Shown in pieces: positions 19,707-29,636 of a stretch of 64,000 nucleotides of DNA. A model generated the notes under the pieces. It was not told the DNA's origin. It saw only the letters and a list, made by a program, of their open reading frames with translations, and did not search any database. Both the position numbers and the translations under genes were made by a program. The stretch covers positions 7,931-71,930 of the forward strand of contig JAZDJN010000027.1 in the NCBI GenBank assembly GCA_043803945.1. The letters are read 5' to 3'. Positions within the stretch are counted from its first letter, which is position 1. Each line of letters begins with the position of its first letter. This stretch comes from a bacterium. Its GTDB lineage: Bacteria; Bacteroidota; Ignavibacteria; UBA10030.

Positions 19707-20085
19707 AGAATACCCCCTCGATGGTTCATCAGATCGCCTGTAATAACTACATCATAGGCTTAATTAGATAAATTTCTTAGAAAGAATCCAGAGCATTAAT
19801 AATTAAACAATATGAATGCCTTCACGATGAAGCTAATCGAAGGAATCGAAAAGTGAACAGGCACGGGGTCATGGTTCTATTATCGTCTCGATTCCTTTGT
19901 ATTAACGCTAATTTTGAGACTTCTGGAGACAACGCCGCCCATCAATGTATCCTTCCACCATCCAAAGGGCGAGGATGTCGCCTTCCTTCAATCCAACCTT
20001 CTCCATTTAAACTTCTTCTCATCTTCCGCTGTACTGCCTTCCCCGTCATTGGGTTTGAGTTTGGTATATTGCACTACCCGCCATT

Positions 20086-21507
20086 TTGTGTGAACGCACT
20101 CCAATCGAAACTGAGAGTCAATGGGAAAGAAATATTTTCCTGCATCAATCCGAAGTGATATCATCCATTTACTTTCTTATATTCTGCACATTATTACTTG
20201 TCATGGATAAACCTCTGATCGTCATCGTTTATAATGGAACAATGGATCGACTGACAAAGGCAATACCTCCCAAATTGATTGCCGCCGGAGCAGTGCTGCT
20301 GCTCGCGTTGCCCGTGGTTGTGTATACACGGCTTGTATTTCTTTATATGGTCAACATTCCATTCCATGATGATTATGAAATCATTCTGGATTTCATGAAT
20401 AAGTATCTCCAGGCCGACACCCTTGGAGAAAAACTCTCATTGCTTTTTTCCCAGCATAACGAACATCGCATGGTGTTTGGGCGAATTGTGGCACTGGTTC
20501 AATATTCCTTGCGTCAGGAGATAAGCCTGAATGACTCTCTGCTGATCGGCAATCTCGGATGGATTTGTGCGATAGCGATTATTATGATCGTTGCACAAAA
20601 GCACTATCGTTTAACTCTGGTCCAACTGTTACCCATTCCCTTCATTCTCCTGATACCGACACACTGGGAAACGATGGTCTTTGCTTCTGCTGCAGCAAAT
20701 TACTGGGTGATCGTTTTTTCACTTGTTTTTATCCTTTGCGTTGTGCACGATCGATTCGTTGGGGCGTGTCTCTTCTACCTCGCGGCGCTTCTGACATTCG
20801 GCAATGGACTGTTGTTGGGCTTGTTGGGACTCTGGTTCTGGGGGCGCCAGAAACGATGGAAACCGTTCTTTGTGTTTGGTGCGCTGATGGTTGTATCTAC
20901 GCTTCTTTATTATGTGAATTACCAGAAGCCGGTCGATCATCCAATGGTTTTCGAAACGATTACACAACCAGGCGCAGTACTATCGTACATCGTTCTGTTT
21001 TGGGGCAGCATTCTCCCAATGAAAATCCCTGCCTTTCTGTTCGGCCTGGGAATGATCATCTACGCGATACTCCATATGCTGAAGAGAAATCGGGATCACT
21101 TCCTGATTATGATTATTCTTTTTGTTGCTCTGACGAGCCTTGCTGCTGCGATCACAAGAAGCGGATTTGGAATCGAGCAGGCGCTCTCATCGAGAAATTC
21201 AATCTACGCACTCCTCCTTGTCGCGTGCTGCTACATTTCTATGATCACCTCAATCAGTCAAACTCAAATCAGGAATGGCGTTGCTCTCGTGATGATTTTT
21301 CTTGCCATACTATTTTGGCACACCAATGCAGCACGGTATGAAACAAAACTGTCGTTAAGAAAGTCTGATCGAATTGCAGGTTTTGCTAAACTCATCGAGA
21401 GGAAAGATCCTGCAAGTCTAATTCATCCGGATCAAATGCGAGCCGCAGCAATTCTCTTTACTGCCGAGAGTTTACATGTTTATCAGTATAAGCACTGGAA
21501 TCGATGA
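20086..21507 (+). CDS. Polytopic integral membrane protein (>=10 TM), possibly a GT-C-like glycosyltransferase or polymerase, first gene of the exopolysaccharide-like cluster
   Basis: Continuous strongly hydrophobic ORF with a soluble C-terminal ~90 aa. The probable start is the ATG at 20203 (MDKPLIV). I recognise no family with confidence. Confidence 0.45.
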   Translation: MCERTPIETESQWERNIFLHQSEVISSIYFLIFCTLLLVMDKPLIVIVYNGTMDRLTKAIPPKLIAAGAVLLLALPVVVYTRLVFLYMVNIPFHDDYEIILDFMNKYLQADTLGEKLSLLFSQHNEHRMVFGRIVALVQYSLRQEISLNDSLLIGNLGWICAIAIIMIVAQKHYRLTLVQLLPIPFILLIPTHWETMVFASAAANYWVIVFSLVFILCVVHDRFVGACLFYLAALLTFGNGLLLGLLGLWFWGRQKRWKPFFVFGALMVVSTLLYYVNYQKPVDHPMVFETITQPGAVLSYIVLFWGSILPMKIPAFLFGLGMIIYAILHMLKRNRDHFLIMIILFVALTSLAAAITRSGFGIEQALSSRNSIYALLLVACCYISMITSISQTQIRNGVALVMIFLAILFWHTNAARYETKLSLRKSDRIAGFAKLIERKDPASLIHPDQMRAAAILFTAESLHVYQYKHWNR

Positions 21508-21532
21508 ATACCTCACCGCATGGGACTGTCGT

Positions 21533-22699
21533 ATGAAAAAAATTGCAGTCATATTCGGAACCAGGCCCGATACCATCAAATTGGCACCGGTGATTCTTGA
21601 GTTGCAGAAAAGCAGCAAGCAGTTCAAGGTGCTCACTATTGCCACCGCCCAGCATCGACAGATGCTGGATCAGGTTCTTTCGGTGTTTCATATTACTCCC
21701 GATTATGATTTGAATATCATGCAGGCAAAACAATCGCTTGCGAGCATCGTGCACAATACCATCAAAGCACTCGATGCGATTCTGGAGCAGGAACGACCTG
21801 ATCTCGTCCTGGTTCAGGGCGATACCACAACGACATTTGTCGGAAGCCTGGCAGCTTTTTACAGAAAGATTCCTGTCGGTCATGTCGAGGCAGGTTTACG
21901 GACGTATGATAAATTCAATCCATTTCCCGAGGAAATTAATCGCCGGCTCACAGGCACACTGACTGATCTGCATTTTGCGCCGACACAAACTTCAAAACGC
22001 GCTCTCCTCAAAGAGAACATCCATCCGAAATCCATCTTTGTCACAGGGAATACCGTTATTGATGCATTGAAGATGACGGTGACCCGTAGGCATACATTTT
22101 CATTGCCGGTATTGACTACGATTCTTGCTCAAAAGAAACGAATCATTTTGGTGACGCTCCACAGGCGGGAAAATTGGGGCGAACCGATGAAGAGCGCATG
22201 CCGGGCAATCCGAGCAATTTCTGAGCAGCATCAGGACATCAATATTATTTTCCCTGTCCACTTAAACCCGATAGTTCAGGAAGTTGTCCATGCAACATTA
22301 GGTAATCTTGATAATGTTTACCTGGTCGCTCCGTTGGAATACCCTGATTTTGTCAATGTGATTGCCAGGTCGTTTCTTATCATCACGGATTCTGGTGGAG
22401 TTCAGGAGGAAGGCCCGCATTTTGGAATACCGATTCTGGTGATAAGAAAAGTTACAGAACGGCCAGAGGCAGTTGAGTATGGGACTGTGAAACTCGTCGG
22501 TACCGGGGAGAAAAAGCTTTTATCCGCCGCAGAGCGTCTTATCACCAACACGCATGAGTATCGTAAGATGGCTTCTGCCATCAATCCTTATGGCGACGGC
22601 CTCTCTTCAAAACGAATTGTTCAGATCATAAAATACTCGCTTGGCATATCACGGACGAAAATCAAAGAATTTGTCCCTGGTAAGAAGAGAAAGCAATGA
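21533..22699 (+). CDS. wecB: UDP-N-acetylglucosamine 2-epimerase (non-hydrolysing)
   Basis: The N-terminus 'MKKIAVIFGTRPDTIKLAPVI', 'TAQHRQMLDQVL...DYDLNIM', 'HVEAGLRT', 'TGNTVIDAL' and 'ITDSGGVQEE' give a canonical WecB/MnaA motif series. Confidence 0.85.
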   Translation: MKKIAVIFGTRPDTIKLAPVILELQKSSKQFKVLTIATAQHRQMLDQVLSVFHITPDYDLNIMQAKQSLASIVHNTIKALDAILEQERPDLVLVQGDTTTTFVGSLAAFYRKIPVGHVEAGLRTYDKFNPFPEEINRRLTGTLTDLHFAPTQTSKRALLKENIHPKSIFVTGNTVIDALKMTVTRRHTFSLPVLTTILAQKKRIILVTLHRRENWGEPMKSACRAIRAISEQHQDINIIFPVHLNPIVQEVVHATLGNLDNVYLVAPLEYPDFVNVIARSFLIITDSGGVQEEGPHFGIPILVIRKVTERPEAVEYGTVKLVGTGEKKLLSAAERLITNTHEYRKMASAINPYGDGLSSKRIVQIIKYSLGISRTKIKEFVPGKKRKQ

Positions 22700-22730
22700 G
22701 TGATTCCAGAATTTATCCAGGAGAGAAAGC

Positions 22731-25700
22731 TTGATAAACCATTGCACGGAGATGTTTCACGGAAAAGCAGCAGTGATATCAACCGCATGCCGTTGTCTTG
22801 TTCTCATAGTTATTCTTCTATGGTGCTCAGCAACCACATCATATTCGCTTCCTCAATCCAAGACGAAAAATATAATCATTCTGGTAGAAGGGGATACCAA
22901 TCTTAAGAGCATTCCGATGGCCGGCGGGCGGCAGTTAGCAACTCTCTTTGGCCATTTCGATGTGAAAAGTACAATCAAAGGTGTTAATCAATATACCGCA
23001 GGAGAGATGAACGGTTATGATCTTGTATACTACCTCGGTGACAAATTCAAGAATACTCCACCAACGAACTTTCTGAACGATATTCTCACCACGCGCAAAG
23101 ATATTGTCTGGTTGAATACCGGCTTCGCTGAGTTCTCCAAGACCCATGATGTTCAGAAGACATTTGGATTTTCTGTCAGCGCCATTGATTCTTCCTCCGG
23201 CTATGAGATTGTCAAGTCCGGGACCAAGGTATTCACCAAAGGTGATAAACCGACTGCGGTGATCCAGATTGCCGATAGGGAATTAGTTAAGGTATTGGCG
23301 ACCACATATTCTCCCTCTCGAAAGAAAGAAATTCCCTACATCGTCAAGTCGAAGAACCTCACATATATTGGCGACTCTCCCTTCTCCTATGCCAGCGAGA
23401 CCGACCGCTATCTCCTCTTCGCTGATATGCTGCATGATATCCTCGGTGAGCAGCATGAGGAATCCCATTCGGCGATTATCCGTATCGAAGATATCAGTCC
23501 CATGGATGATCCAGAGAGACTCCGTGATATTGCCGATCTGTTTGCCTCCCACAATGTCCCGTTCCTCGTCGGCGTGATTCCGTTCTATGTCAATCCTTCC
23601 ACCGGAACCCGGCTCGGATTATCTGATAAACCGGAGCTGGTGGATGCGCTCAAATATGTGGTGCACAACGGCGGTGCGCTGGTAATGCATGGCAGCACGC
23701 ATCAATATAAAGGAGTGACAGCTTCGGATTTCGAATTCTGGAATCAGATGACGAATAAACCAATCGCCGATGAATCGGAATCAACCTTCTCGAAAAAGAT
23801 TGAGTCGGGCATTCAGGAATTCATGAAAAACGGCCTCTACCCGATCGTATGGGAGACCCCCCACTATACCGGATCCTTTCTATTGTACAAGACCATTGCG
23901 AAATACTTCAGCAGTGCAATGGAGCCGCGATTGGCGATTGAAGATATTGACCAAAGCCAGTTCTTCCCTTACATCATTGCGAAAGATCTCTTTGGTCAAA
24001 AGCTCTATCCTGAGAATCTTGGCTATGTTCCGTTCGATGAGGATCCACGAATCGGCGAGGAAGCAGTTCAAACGATTTTAAGAGGTGCCAAAGCAAACCT
24101 TGCTGTGCGTGACGGGTTTGCTGCTTGTTTTTTTCATTCCTTCAATGAACTCGATTTACTTGAAGAGCTCGTGGATGGTATTCTTGCGCTTGGTTATAAA
24201 TTTTATGATTTGCGTGATCAGAATAATTGGGTAAAGACATCCGACAGAATAATTCTGACCGGAAGCCAGGACTATACACTGAAACTCAACGGGCAGTATC
24301 TCTCCGAAGCGTACTACGATGTTGACGGGCAAATAAAACAGGAGCTGTATTCAGAGAACAGAATTGATGGCACAATCACCAAATCGATCTCACTGGCACC
24401 GGGTGAACTCTACCGCGCAGAACCGGTGGAGTACCGTGAACGGAAGCTGACGATGACTGAGAAACTTGCCAACAGCCTCGATCGTGCGTACCAGCATATC
24501 TTCACTTCAACCGATGTGTGGAAGGAAGCCCGTGTTGCCATTCTCTGGAATCATTATGCGCGCGGCTCGGCGTACAATGATCAGGCTTCTTTCGCTTCCA
24601 CATTTCAGAGCATCAACATTAAGGTCGATACTATTTTCCTTGGACAGCAGATCAATCTTCAACCGTATAACCTGGTTGTCGTACCGTATGTTTTCATCGA
24701 CTCCCTTTCGGAGAGTGATTACACAACTCTTGCGGATTACGTGAAACGTGGTGGGAATATGATCACCGACACGAAAAGCTCTCTGACTGATCATTTCGGC
24801 ATCAAGTTTAGTGAGACAAAAATCAGAATTCGCAGGATCCGCGACCGATTTTTCCCGGAAGAGGCAATCGCCTGGCGTTATGCCGAACTGGTCAATAAAA
24901 TTGAGATCGATGATCCCGACGAGATCTTGTGCTCTGATGAGGTTACCCAAATGCCGATGGTGATTGGGAAGCACGTTGGGAAAGGGAAAATCATCTTTTT
25001 CAATTCCCGATTCGATCCTTACTCTCAACAGGGCTATAGTCTCTACCCGTATCTTCTCGAGTATGTGAGAAAGTTCTTTAATCTCTCGCCGATTGTTCGG
25101 AGAGATAACCTCGAAGTATATTTCGATACTGGATTCCGGATAAATTTCAGTACAGAAAATCTGATCAAGCAATGGGTGACACAGGGGATTCGGATTATCC
25201 ATGCCGCCGGCTGGCATCAATACCCCCACTTTACATTTGATTATCGGCGCCTGATCGACCTGGCCCATGCCAATGGAATGCTGGTGTATGCCTGGCTTGA
25301 ACCGCCGCAGGTGAGTCAGAAGTTCTGGCTTGAACATCCGGAGTGGCGTGAGAAAAATTATAAAAATCTCGATGTCCAACCTTCATGGCGGTACCCTGTT
25401 GCGATGACAGATCCAAAATGCCTTGAAGCCCTTGCACAAGAGTTCAACACTCTTCTGGAGCAGTACGACTGGGATGGTGTGAATTTGGCAGAACTCTATT
25501 TTGAGGCTGGAAAAGGGCTGCAGGAGCCGAACCTTTTTACACCCATGCATCCCTCGGCAAAAAGTGAAATCTTTAGAAAATATGGAATCGATATGAATAC
25601 GGTGTTCGATTCAACATCGGCATCGTATTGGAAGCATCACCCTTCCGTCGAGAATTCCATTACCACATACCGGGTCAATAAGCTCCGTGAGGTCTATGAA

Positions 25701-26726
25701 CTTCTTTTGTCGATGTTCGAAAGGATTGCCCAACAGAAGGCTGGCTTCGAGATTATGGTCACAGCCATGGAAAGTCTCGGGTCTCCGGAATTGCGGGAAT
25801 ACATTGGCGTGGATATGAAGAGTATTCTAGAACTCCAGAAAAAATTTCAATTTACTTTACAGATAGAAGATCCAGAGCTTCGCTGGTCATCTAATCCGCA
25901 GCGCTATATTGAAATTGGGAATCGGTACAGGGGGCTTCTTGGCGGAGATTCCAAACTGGCACTGGACCTCAATATTCTCACCTTCAGGAAGGGAAATGTT
26001 GTCACACCGTTTCCCACATTGATTCAAACCGGTACGGAATGTTTTCAGTTGATTCGGGCTGCTGCTTTGGGTGCCCCACGATTCACGATCTATTCCGAGT
26101 CCAGTGTGAATCCTCAGGACATGACGTTCCTCCCATTTGCTGCCTCGCCGCACGTACAATATCGGTATATCCAAAATGGGTTTGAATTTTATTCCCCCTA
26201 TTCTTTTACCTTACAGCTTCCACCGGCAATCACCATCATTACCGTCGATGGAGCATTACTCGTACCACATCGCGAAAATCTGTTTACCATTCCGGCGGGA
26301 ACACATTCGGTTCGTCTGTCACGTGAGTCCATTGGTTCGTTTTCCGCAAGCGACCTCCAGGCAAAAATTCTTTCCTGCAGCGGGAATCTTACTTCTGTGC
26401 TGTACGGGATGCACGATATGAAGTTTACCTATGAATCAACGACCCGGACATTGATTTCGGTGAATCGCAAACCAACAGCCATCAAAGTCGACCAGCAGGA
26501 GTATCACCCCACCGTAATGAAGGGGAATGATTGCTTCACAATTTTCCTGCCGCCAGGGAACCATGAGGTTGAGTTAAGAGCGGGCGATGCTATTTCGTAC
26601 GGCATCAATCTGACATCCATCTGGTCGTCGACCGGCATTGCGATCTTTGGCACTCTCGCGGTAGCGATGCTTTTCGTTATGTACCTTCTTTTAAAAACCC
26701 TTCGAAAAAAGTATTCATCCGTCTGA
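22731..26726 (+). CDS. Giant (1331-aa) membrane-anchored multidomain protein with a deacetylase-like (DUF2334-like) region and a GH-like TIM-barrel (GHL10-like) region
   Basis: It has an N-terminal signal/anchor and a C-terminal TM helix ('IAIFGTLAVAMLFVMYLLL'). The region 'IRIEDISPMDDPERLRDIADLFASHNVPFLVGVIPFY...LVMHGSTHQY' resembles predicted polysaccharide deacetylases. The region 'IHAAGWHQYPHF...MLVYAWLEP...DWDGVNLAELYFE' resembles glycosyl-hydrolase-like TIM barrels. Confidence 0.55.
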   Translation: MINHCTEMFHGKAAVISTACRCLVLIVILLWCSATTSYSLPQSKTKNIIILVEGDTNLKSIPMAGGRQLATLFGHFDVKSTIKGVNQYTAGEMNGYDLVYYLGDKFKNTPPTNFLNDILTTRKDIVWLNTGFAEFSKTHDVQKTFGFSVSAIDSSSGYEIVKSGTKVFTKGDKPTAVIQIADRELVKVLATTYSPSRKKEIPYIVKSKNLTYIGDSPFSYASETDRYLLFADMLHDILGEQHEESHSAIIRIEDISPMDDPERLRDIADLFASHNVPFLVGVIPFYVNPSTGTRLGLSDKPELVDALKYVVHNGGALVMHGSTHQYKGVTASDFEFWNQMTNKPIADESESTFSKKIESGIQEFMKNGLYPIVWETPHYTGSFLLYKTIAKYFSSAMEPRLAIEDIDQSQFFPYIIAKDLFGQKLYPENLGYVPFDEDPRIGEEAVQTILRGAKANLAVRDGFAACFFHSFNELDLLEELVDGILALGYKFYDLRDQNNWVKTSDRIILTGSQDYTLKLNGQYLSEAYYDVDGQIKQELYSENRIDGTITKSISLAPGELYRAEPVEYRERKLTMTEKLANSLDRAYQHIFTSTDVWKEARVAILWNHYARGSAYNDQASFASTFQSINIKVDTIFLGQQINLQPYNLVVVPYVFIDSLSESDYTTLADYVKRGGNMITDTKSSLTDHFGIKFSETKIRIRRIRDRFFPEEAIAWRYAELVNKIEIDDPDEILCSDEVTQMPMVIGKHVGKGKIIFFNSRFDPYSQQGYSLYPYLLEYVRKFFNLSPIVRRDNLEVYFDTGFRINFSTENLIKQWVTQGIRIIHAAGWHQYPHFTFDYRRLIDLAHANGMLVYAWLEPPQVSQKFWLEHPEWREKNYKNLDVQPSWRYPVAMTDPKCLEALAQEFNTLLEQYDWDGVNLAELYFEAGKGLQEPNLFTPMHPSAKSEIFRKYGIDMNTVFDSTSASYWKHHPSVENSITTYRVNKLREVYELLLSMFERIAQQKAGFEIMVTAMESLGSPELREYIGVDMKSILELQKKFQFTLQIEDPELRWSSNPQRYIEIGNRYRGLLGGDSKLALDLNILTFRKGNVVTPFPTLIQTGTECFQLIRAAALGAPRFTIYSESSVNPQDMTFLPFAASPHVQYRYIQNGFEFYSPYSFTLQLPPAITIITVDGALLVPHRENLFTIPAGTHSVRLSRESIGSFSASDLQAKILSCSGNLTSVLYGMHDMKFTYESTTRTLISVNRKPTAIKVDQQEYHPTVMKGNDCFTIFLPPGNHEVELRAGDAISYGINLTSIWSSTGIAIFGTLAVAMLFVMYLLLKTLRKKYSSV

Positions 26727-26745
26727 CCAGGGAGCCCATCACACC

Positions 26746-28005
26746 ATGTCTGTTTTAGAAATCGATCTCAGTTTTCTCTTCCTCATCGCAGTCATCCTGA
26801 TCTGGTTTATGATCGGCTATCAGTTCGTACTGACGCTCTTTGGGTATATCAATTTTATCCGATCCTTAAGGGAGAAGAACGAGATCGATCAGATGTCGTT
26901 TCAATTCCCTCTTTGTACGATCCTCATTCCGGCACATAATGAAGAAAAGGTCATTGCCAAAACGATCGAGTCGATGTTGAAGCTGAAGTATCCGAAGGAA
27001 CAACTCCAGATTGTCGTTATTAACGACGGCTCGACAGATGCAACGAAGGAGATTAGTGCGAGATGTGCCAGAGAAGACTCACGGGTGGAATTGTACGATA
27101 TTCCCCTCGGTGAAGGCGGTAAAGGAAAATCGAGAACATTGAATCTGGGGCTCAGTGCTGCCCGCGGTGACATTATTGCCATCTACGATGCTGACAACAC
27201 GCCACATGAAGATTCACTCCGCTATCTCGTGTCGCAATTGCTTCTGCATAAGGAGCTTGGCGCTGTGCTCGGGAAATTCCGGACGGTGAATAAAAACAGG
27301 AATTGGCTGACGAAGTTCATTAATATCGAAACCTTAAGTTTTCAGTCCATGCTTCAGGCAGGGAGATGGCAAATGCATAACATTGCCACGCTTCCCGGAA
27401 CGAACTACGTGGTGTGGAGCTGGCTGATCAGAAAATTAGAAGGTTGGGATGAAGAGGCGCTGACGGAAGATTCTGAGCTGAGTATCCGGATGTACGAAGA
27501 GGGATATAAAATTAAATTCATCCCGTATGCTATTACCTATGAACAGGAACCCGAAGAGTGGAAGGTGTGGATTAAGCAGAGGGTTCGATGGGTACGCGGC
27601 AATAATTATGTGCTCTTAAAATTCCTCAAACATATTCCAAAGTTCAAGAATCGACGGCTGGCGTTCGACATCCTCTACACCCTTGCTCTGTACTATATCT
27701 TTTTTGCAGCTATTGTAGTCTCCGACCTTCTGTTCCTGATTGGATTGTTCAACCTAGTCAGTATCTCTCTTCCCGGTCCGTACACGTTTGTCTGGCTTAT
27801 TGCTTTTATCCTCTTCATCCTGGAAATCATTCTAGCAATCTCATTTGACGAAGAGGATAGTTTCAAGCAAATCTGGTTTATTGTGCTCATGTATTTCTCG
27901 TACTGCCAGTTGTGGATTTATATCGTGGTGAAGGCTGTCTATGCGGAGTGGATTAAAAAAGAAAAACGGACTTGGACAAAAACGATCCGGTTTGATACAG
28001 AATGA
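26746..28005 (+). CDS. Processive family-2 glycosyltransferase (PgaC/IcaA/NodC/cellulose-synthase-like polysaccharide synthase)
   Basis: N-terminal TM, then 'ILIPAHNEEKVIAKTIESMLKLKYP...IVVINDGSTD', 'IYDADNT' (DXD) and 'QRVRWVRG' (Q-x-x-R-W), followed by 3-4 C-terminal TM helices. Confidence 0.8.
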   Translation: MSVLEIDLSFLFLIAVILIWFMIGYQFVLTLFGYINFIRSLREKNEIDQMSFQFPLCTILIPAHNEEKVIAKTIESMLKLKYPKEQLQIVVINDGSTDATKEISARCAREDSRVELYDIPLGEGGKGKSRTLNLGLSAARGDIIAIYDADNTPHEDSLRYLVSQLLLHKELGAVLGKFRTVNKNRNWLTKFINIETLSFQSMLQAGRWQMHNIATLPGTNYVVWSWLIRKLEGWDEEALTEDSELSIRMYEEGYKIKFIPYAITYEQEPEEWKVWIKQRVRWVRGNNYVLLKFLKHIPKFKNRRLAFDILYTLALYYIFFAAIVVSDLLFLIGLFNLVSISLPGPYTFVWLIAFILFILEIILAISFDEEDSFKQIWFIVLMYFSYCQLWIYIVVKAVYAEWIKKEKRTWTKTIRFDTE

Positions 28006-28060
28006 ACCCGAAACCGGACGACTCCAAGAGATATCGCAAACTCGCTGACTAACAAAGACT

Positions 28061-29497
28061 ATGAAGAGATCTCCTCAACGAATACCATTCATCCTGTTTT
28101 GTCTTCTCGTGTGTGTTCTTTCCCTGCACTCTCAGAAAGTTCGGAACGATAGTCAAACGAAGAGCAACAACGCAGCAAGTACACTGAGAAGTCAGTATGA
28201 AACCCGGCTCTCTCAGATATTCCTCACCAACGTCACCCGTCAGAAGCACTACGTCGATTCGCTTTCACGAGAGATTATCAAGCTTCGTGATATACTGCAG
28301 AGAGGTGTCAGTAAAGTCCATGACACGCTCATTGTTGCTGCAGCTCGTCTGTTCAATGCTTTGAGGAGAGATTCATTGCAGCGAACCTCTTTCCTGTTGA
28401 CACAACCTTTTCAATCGTTGACAGATCGCTGGAACACTCTCTCAGGTAATTTACTCAATCGTGAAACAACGTTTCTTAAGGCACAGCAATCCTTATTCGG
28501 TCGATCGTCGATTTCAGATCAGGATGAATCTGTTGAAAGGATAGAGGAGTATTCATCGATTGCGGATAGTGTTTCTGAGATGGTTCTTGATTCGAGTTCC
28601 TGCTTTTTCGATACAATCATAGACAATCTCACCGAAGCTGCCGATGCTGCACGCGACTCGTTGGAGTCCGTCTATTGGCTTCTGGAGGAGGATCAACAGA
28701 AGGAGAATGATCTTCTTGCAGAGCGCCAGGAAGCGATTGCAGACAGTCTTGCCGAGGTGAAGGAACATGCTTCGAGACTTGTTGTTTCGATGTACTATAA
28801 TCACCATGCAACGTATCGCGGCCGCGATAATGGGATTAGCTATAATTCATTTGTTCCAACCCTCACGTATACTCATCGATCGGGATTTTCTCTTGGGCTG
28901 ATGGGAATCATTTTCCCCAATCACCCTGAGCGTCGTTATGAAGGTACCGGAGTAAGTCTGGGTTACTCGGGAGAAATTGCTGCTGTGGTGAGTTCCAGCA
29001 TTACCTATACGCATTTTTGGTTTGGCAAGAACAGTGCGGAACCGCGCTCCTATATGAACGATAACCTCTGGGCTGATTTGGATATAAACCTCGGCAGCTT
29101 TTCCATGAATCTTGCATCAACGTATGATATAGGATCAAAATCCGAATTCAATGGTATCCTTACTTCGATGGTTCTTCTTGATCTTGGTAAACCATTCGGA
29201 GCAGACAGGTTCGTCGGCGGCCCGGTGCTTTCGGCGCTCTACGGGCAACAGGATGCAACCTTAACGAGTGTTCGATTAACCATCTTGAAAAAGAGAACGA
29301 TCTCCACAACCGTCACCGAAGAGAAAAAAGTGTTTGGAGTTCTCTGCTATGAGCCGATGTTGATCCTCAGTTATCAGAAGGGGGGATTCAATCTGAAACC
29401 GTCGCTGGTATATGAAATTCCATTAAATGTTGTCGATAATAGCACCTCTCATCCCTTTCTCAATGTGACCTTGGAGATGAGTTATACCATCCGTTAA
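28061..29497 (+). CDS. Secreted protein with a helical N-terminal half and a beta-strand-rich C-terminal half; putative outer-membrane export barrel of the polysaccharide system
   Basis: Signal peptide (FCLLVCVLSLHSQ). Residues ~30-230 are Leu/Glu/Arg/Gln-rich helical sequence. Residues ~240-478 show an alternating hydrophobic pattern ('FSLGLMGIIF', 'GVSLGYSGEIAAVVSS', 'LTSMVLLDLG', 'KPSLVYEIPL', ...). Confidence 0.4.
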   Translation: MKRSPQRIPFILFCLLVCVLSLHSQKVRNDSQTKSNNAASTLRSQYETRLSQIFLTNVTRQKHYVDSLSREIIKLRDILQRGVSKVHDTLIVAAARLFNALRRDSLQRTSFLLTQPFQSLTDRWNTLSGNLLNRETTFLKAQQSLFGRSSISDQDESVERIEEYSSIADSVSEMVLDSSSCFFDTIIDNLTEAADAARDSLESVYWLLEEDQQKENDLLAERQEAIADSLAEVKEHASRLVVSMYYNHHATYRGRDNGISYNSFVPTLTYTHRSGFSLGLMGIIFPNHPERRYEGTGVSLGYSGEIAAVVSSSITYTHFWFGKNSAEPRSYMNDNLWADLDINLGSFSMNLASTYDIGSKSEFNGILTSMVLLDLGKPFGADRFVGGPVLSALYGQQDATLTSVRLTILKKRTISTTVTEEKKVFGVLCYEPMLILSYQKGGFNLKPSLVYEIPLNVVDNSTSHPFLNVTLEMSYTIR

Positions 29498-29636
29498 AGA
29501 TGATCTGCGGGTAAAATCGATCGTGCGCTTTCAGGTTTATGCACTGAACAATAGAAGATCGGCACTGAAAAAATTGTTGAGCACGATTAATCTTCGTGCT
29601 TGTTGAAAAACTATTCTTTATCGAAAGAGGCTCACT

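Noticed and set aside
19853-20158. A 101-aa ORF lies upstream of, and overlapping, the start region of the polytopic membrane gene.
   Set aside because: It has no RBS and its composition is odd. It is probably the 5' UTR or promoter region of the EPS-like cluster.
20559-21341. A 260-aa +1-frame ORF overlaps the polytopic membrane protein gene.
   Set aside because: It is in an alternative frame of a strongly hydrophobic membrane ORF. Its Cys/Arg-rich composition is typical of an out-of-frame translation.
24507-25379. A 290-aa antisense ORF lies inside the 1331-aa EPS-cluster gene.
   Set aside because: It is entirely contained within the giant forward ORF, which has coherent domain-like motifs. 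It has no RBS and no recognisable motifs.
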